From: Ophelia neglecta
Lineage: Eukaryota
Direction: 5' to 3'
DNA: 64,000 nucleotides
Assembly (NCBI GenBank): GCA_965285935.1
Contig: OZ260664.1
Coordinates: forward strand, 86,800,001 to 86,864,000
Position numbers and translations under genes: made by a program. Position 1 is the stretch's first letter; each line of letters opens with the position of its first letter. The notes under the pieces are model-generated. The model did not search any database. It had not been told where the DNA came from and worked only from the letters and a program-made list of their open reading frames with translations. Of the stretch, positions 63,518-64,000 are shown piece after piece.

Positions 63518-64000
63518 ACACCGCCGATGATTTTACCGATCTGACTTTCATCTAAAACACTAACCCATAACTTAGTTGAGCGGCAGGTCGTTCACAAAGG
63601 AAAAACCCATACAACTTAATCGCATATGCGCTATGCAAGAATCCCCAGAAAAACATTGCATTTGGGGACTCTAATATATATTAATATAGAGATAGTTACA
63701 ACAACAGAAAAAGCCAGCGCAATAGACTTACCAGGTACCGTGGTAGTTTTCAAATCAGGTATATTGGTGGAAGGATTTAGCGTCGAGGTGATTGAAGTGC
63801 TATCTGCAAATAAACAATTATGGAAATGAAGAATTCTCACCCACATACAGTTGGCTTCAACAGTTTCTCATATTGTTGGAAGTTGGTCAAAGTGTACAAA
63901 TTGGAAAAAGAAGGAGACTGTACTTGGTACTGGTCGCACACTTTGTAGTCGTTCCTATGGATATTCAGCATACATGCTTTAGTTTAACATAGATATTGTT
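63518..64000 (-). repeat. Second copy of 57905-58380 (intact stalk exon 63732-63803, TM exon truncated by the LINE)
   Basis: Near-identical to 57905-58380 with a few SNPs and small intronic indels; runs off the window end. Confidence 0.95.

Noticed and set aside
1-64000. tRNA, rRNA or other structured RNA genes
   Set aside because: None recognised by eye; a tRNAscan-SE/Infernal run would be needed to exclude them.

Overview
Eukaryotic, intron-rich, AT-rich animal (invertebrate-like) genomic DNA with one N gap (21764-21934). Two minus-strand type I membrane-receptor genes lie in tandem in a dense transposon background. Gene 1 (CDS 1436-22665, 16 exons built by hand, about 1456 aa) reads signal peptide, Cys-rich V-like Ig, 10 further Ig domains, FN3, FN3-like domain with an RRRR furin-type site, TM, and a short tail with Tyr motifs (nephrin/hemicentin/CD22-like architecture, no gene symbol assignable). 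Gene 2 is present only as its 3' part: a Ser/Thr stalk exon and a TM exon near 58 kb and candidate cytoplasmic exons down to about 43.2 kb. The most striking observation is that the 9-kb 'satellite' at 45.9-55.0 kb contains ten intact, in-frame 51-nt phase-1 mini-exons with strong splice sites, plus four weaker 63-nt Tyr-containing candidates. A diverged eleventh 51-nt exon and a terminal IYSSL* exon lie outside the array. This suggests a receptor tail whose length and signalling content are set by satellite expansion and possibly alternative splicing; whether gene 2 is intact is unresolved. A LINE sits between two copies of the stalk/TM segment of gene 2. Mobile elements: Academ 3' end, L2/CR1-type and RTEX-like LINEs, Kolobok-like, DIRS/Ngaro-like, hAT, Gmr1-type Gypsy, Penelope-like remnant, a defective IS3EU-like element with 6-bp TSD and CpG-array TIRs, and a Helentron-derived (DINE-1/Pearl-like) insert. 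All family assignments come from motif recognition; no database search was run.
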